Below, piece by piece: positions 5,466 to 6,271 of a stretch of 6,271 nt of DNA. Every line of letters begins with the position of its first letter. The stretch's first letter is position 1. The translations under genes and the position numbers were made by a program. This DNA comes from Prasinococcaceae sp. CCMP 1430 (taxonomy: Eukaryota > Plantae > Prasinodermophyta): the NCBI GenBank assembly GCA_013416795.1, contig RQSC01000966.1:1-6271 (forward strand). The letters run 5' to 3'. A model generated the notes under the pieces. That model was given only the letters and a program-made list of their open reading frames with translations, was not told the DNA's origin and did not search any database.

Positions 5466-6047
5466 AAGAAGGCAGGGAAGGACACGAAGGACAAAAAGAA
5501 GGGCAAAAAGAAGGGCGAGAACGGCGAGAGTGGCAGCAAGGGCAAGACGCCCTCGAAGGAGGACATGAAGGCTCCTCCACCGTCTCCGCCGAGGCCGCCT
5601 CTCCCTCCTCCTCTTCCTCCTCCGAGCCCGCCACCGAAGAAGGCAGAGAAGAAGACAAAGGTACGCGCGCTGGTCCCTCAGCGCTTGCTTGTCGGCGCGG
5701 CGTGCCTCACCTGGCTGGCGCGAGCTCTATCGAAGGCAGAGAAGAAGACAAAGGTACGCGCGCTGGTCCTTCAGCGCTTGCTTGTCGGCGCGGCGTGCCT
5801 CACCTGGCTGGCGCGAGCTCTATCGCATGGGGTGATGATGCTGACGCCAGTGCCAACGCGCCGCATGTTTTCGTCCCCGTCGTCTGCCCCACCCACCCCC
5901 ACGCTCACGCGCACACGCAATAAGCTCTCGAAGAAGCAGGTCAAGAAGCTCTGCAAGAAGGCAAAGAAGTCGAAGAAGAAGTGCAAGAAGGGCGACGCCA
6001 AGAAGAGCTGCAAGTTCAGCAAGAAGAAGGGGTGCGTCCCCAAGTAG
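5274..6047 (+). CDS. Copy B: 5'-truncated paralog of copy A; predicted exons 5274-5660 and 5925-6047
   Basis: (SPPPP)n-KKAGKDTKDKKKGKKKGENGESGSKGK...PPPSPPPKKAEKKTK, then the same 40-aa Lys/Cys last exon and TAG at 6045-6047. Confidence 0.7.
   Translation, partial: SPPPPSPPPPSPPPPSPPPPSPPPPSPPPPSPPPPSPPPPSPPPPRPPPPSPPPPSPPPPSPPPKKAGKDTKDKKKGKKKGENGESGSKGKTPSKEDMKAPPPSPPRPPLPPPLPPPSPPPKKAEKKTKVRALVPQRLLVGAACLTWLARALSKAEKKTKVRALVLQRLLVGAACLTWLARALSHGVMMLTPVPTRRMFSSPSSAPPTPTLTRTRNKLSKKQVKKLCKKAKKSKKKCKKGDAKKSCKFSKKKGCVPK
5639..5824 (+). repeat. 93-nt tandem duplication spanning the exon end and 5' splice site (5639-5731 / 5732-5824)
   Basis: GAAGGCAGAGAAGAAGACAAAG|GTACGC...GCTCTATC occurs twice, with one difference (GTCCCTCAG versus GTCCTTCAG). 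Confidence 0.9.
5661..5924 (+). other. Predicted intron of copy B with two tandem donors (5661 and 5754) and acceptor at 5924
   Basis: 5754-5924 is identical to intron A2; 5661-5731 is a duplicated 5' part of the same intron. Confidence 0.6.
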
Positions 6048-6271
6048 GCGCGCCAGCTGGCACCAAACAAACAGAAACACAAACAATTTGAAACAGCACA
6101 CGAACACAAGCACTCTAGCTAGGGGGCTGGAAGATCCGACCCTGGTTTTCCTCCTTTTCTCTACTGTACGATTGATACTGTGCAAACCACACTTTGTTGT
6201 TCATTTGCGCGCGCGCCCTGACCACGGCAGCGCACAGCAGCCGCCGCCCGGCGCCGCCGCCCGGCGGCGGC

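Noticed and set aside
5198-5923. Apparent fusion ORF: Nad1 N-terminus (signal-peptide-like) joined to (EPASS)n
   Set aside because: The join is at the N (5272), so the frame across it is undefined, and it uses the shadow frame of the SPPPP repeat.
6115-6271. Short open frame on the minus strand (...MNNKVWFAQYQSYSREKEENQGRIFQPPS*) and a CTGAC...CAG acceptor-like motif on the plus strand near 6216-6230
   Set aside because: Both are too short and cut by the window edge, with no homology signal I can recognise.

Overview
The window is a composite of two kinds of DNA. Positions ~1140-5271 are a contiguous, apparently intact ~4.1 kb piece of a protist/algal mitochondrial genome. Its minus strand carries rrn5 - trnM(CAU) - rnl exon 1 - the 5' half of a group I intron - a 5'-only piece of rns. 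Its plus strand carries atp6 - trnR(UCG) - trnI(GAU) - trnW(CCA) - trnE(UUC) - the first 25 codons of nad1. Both flanks (1-1139 and 5273-6271) are very GC-rich nuclear-type DNA, each holding a paralogous copy of the 3' part of an intron-containing gene for a Ser-Pro4 (extensin-like), Lys-rich protein ending in a 40-aa Lys/Cys domain. The left nuclear/mito junction is seamless; the right one is a single N at 5272. The insert is therefore either a very recent NUMT or an assembly chimera. The most striking signal is in rnl: it stops exactly at E. coli-equivalent U1931. It is followed by a canonical group I intron 5' half (P1 with U.G splice-site pair, P10 guide, P3, P4, P6, P7 5' strand) that ends after P3, with no P7 3' strand, P9, terminal G or 3' exon before rns starts. 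This makes it a candidate trans-spliced group I intron joining a split LSU rRNA. The host taxon cannot be fixed from sequence alone; a GC-rich alga such as a pavlovophycean haptophyte is a low-confidence guess. E. coli-equivalent rRNA positions were aligned from memory.
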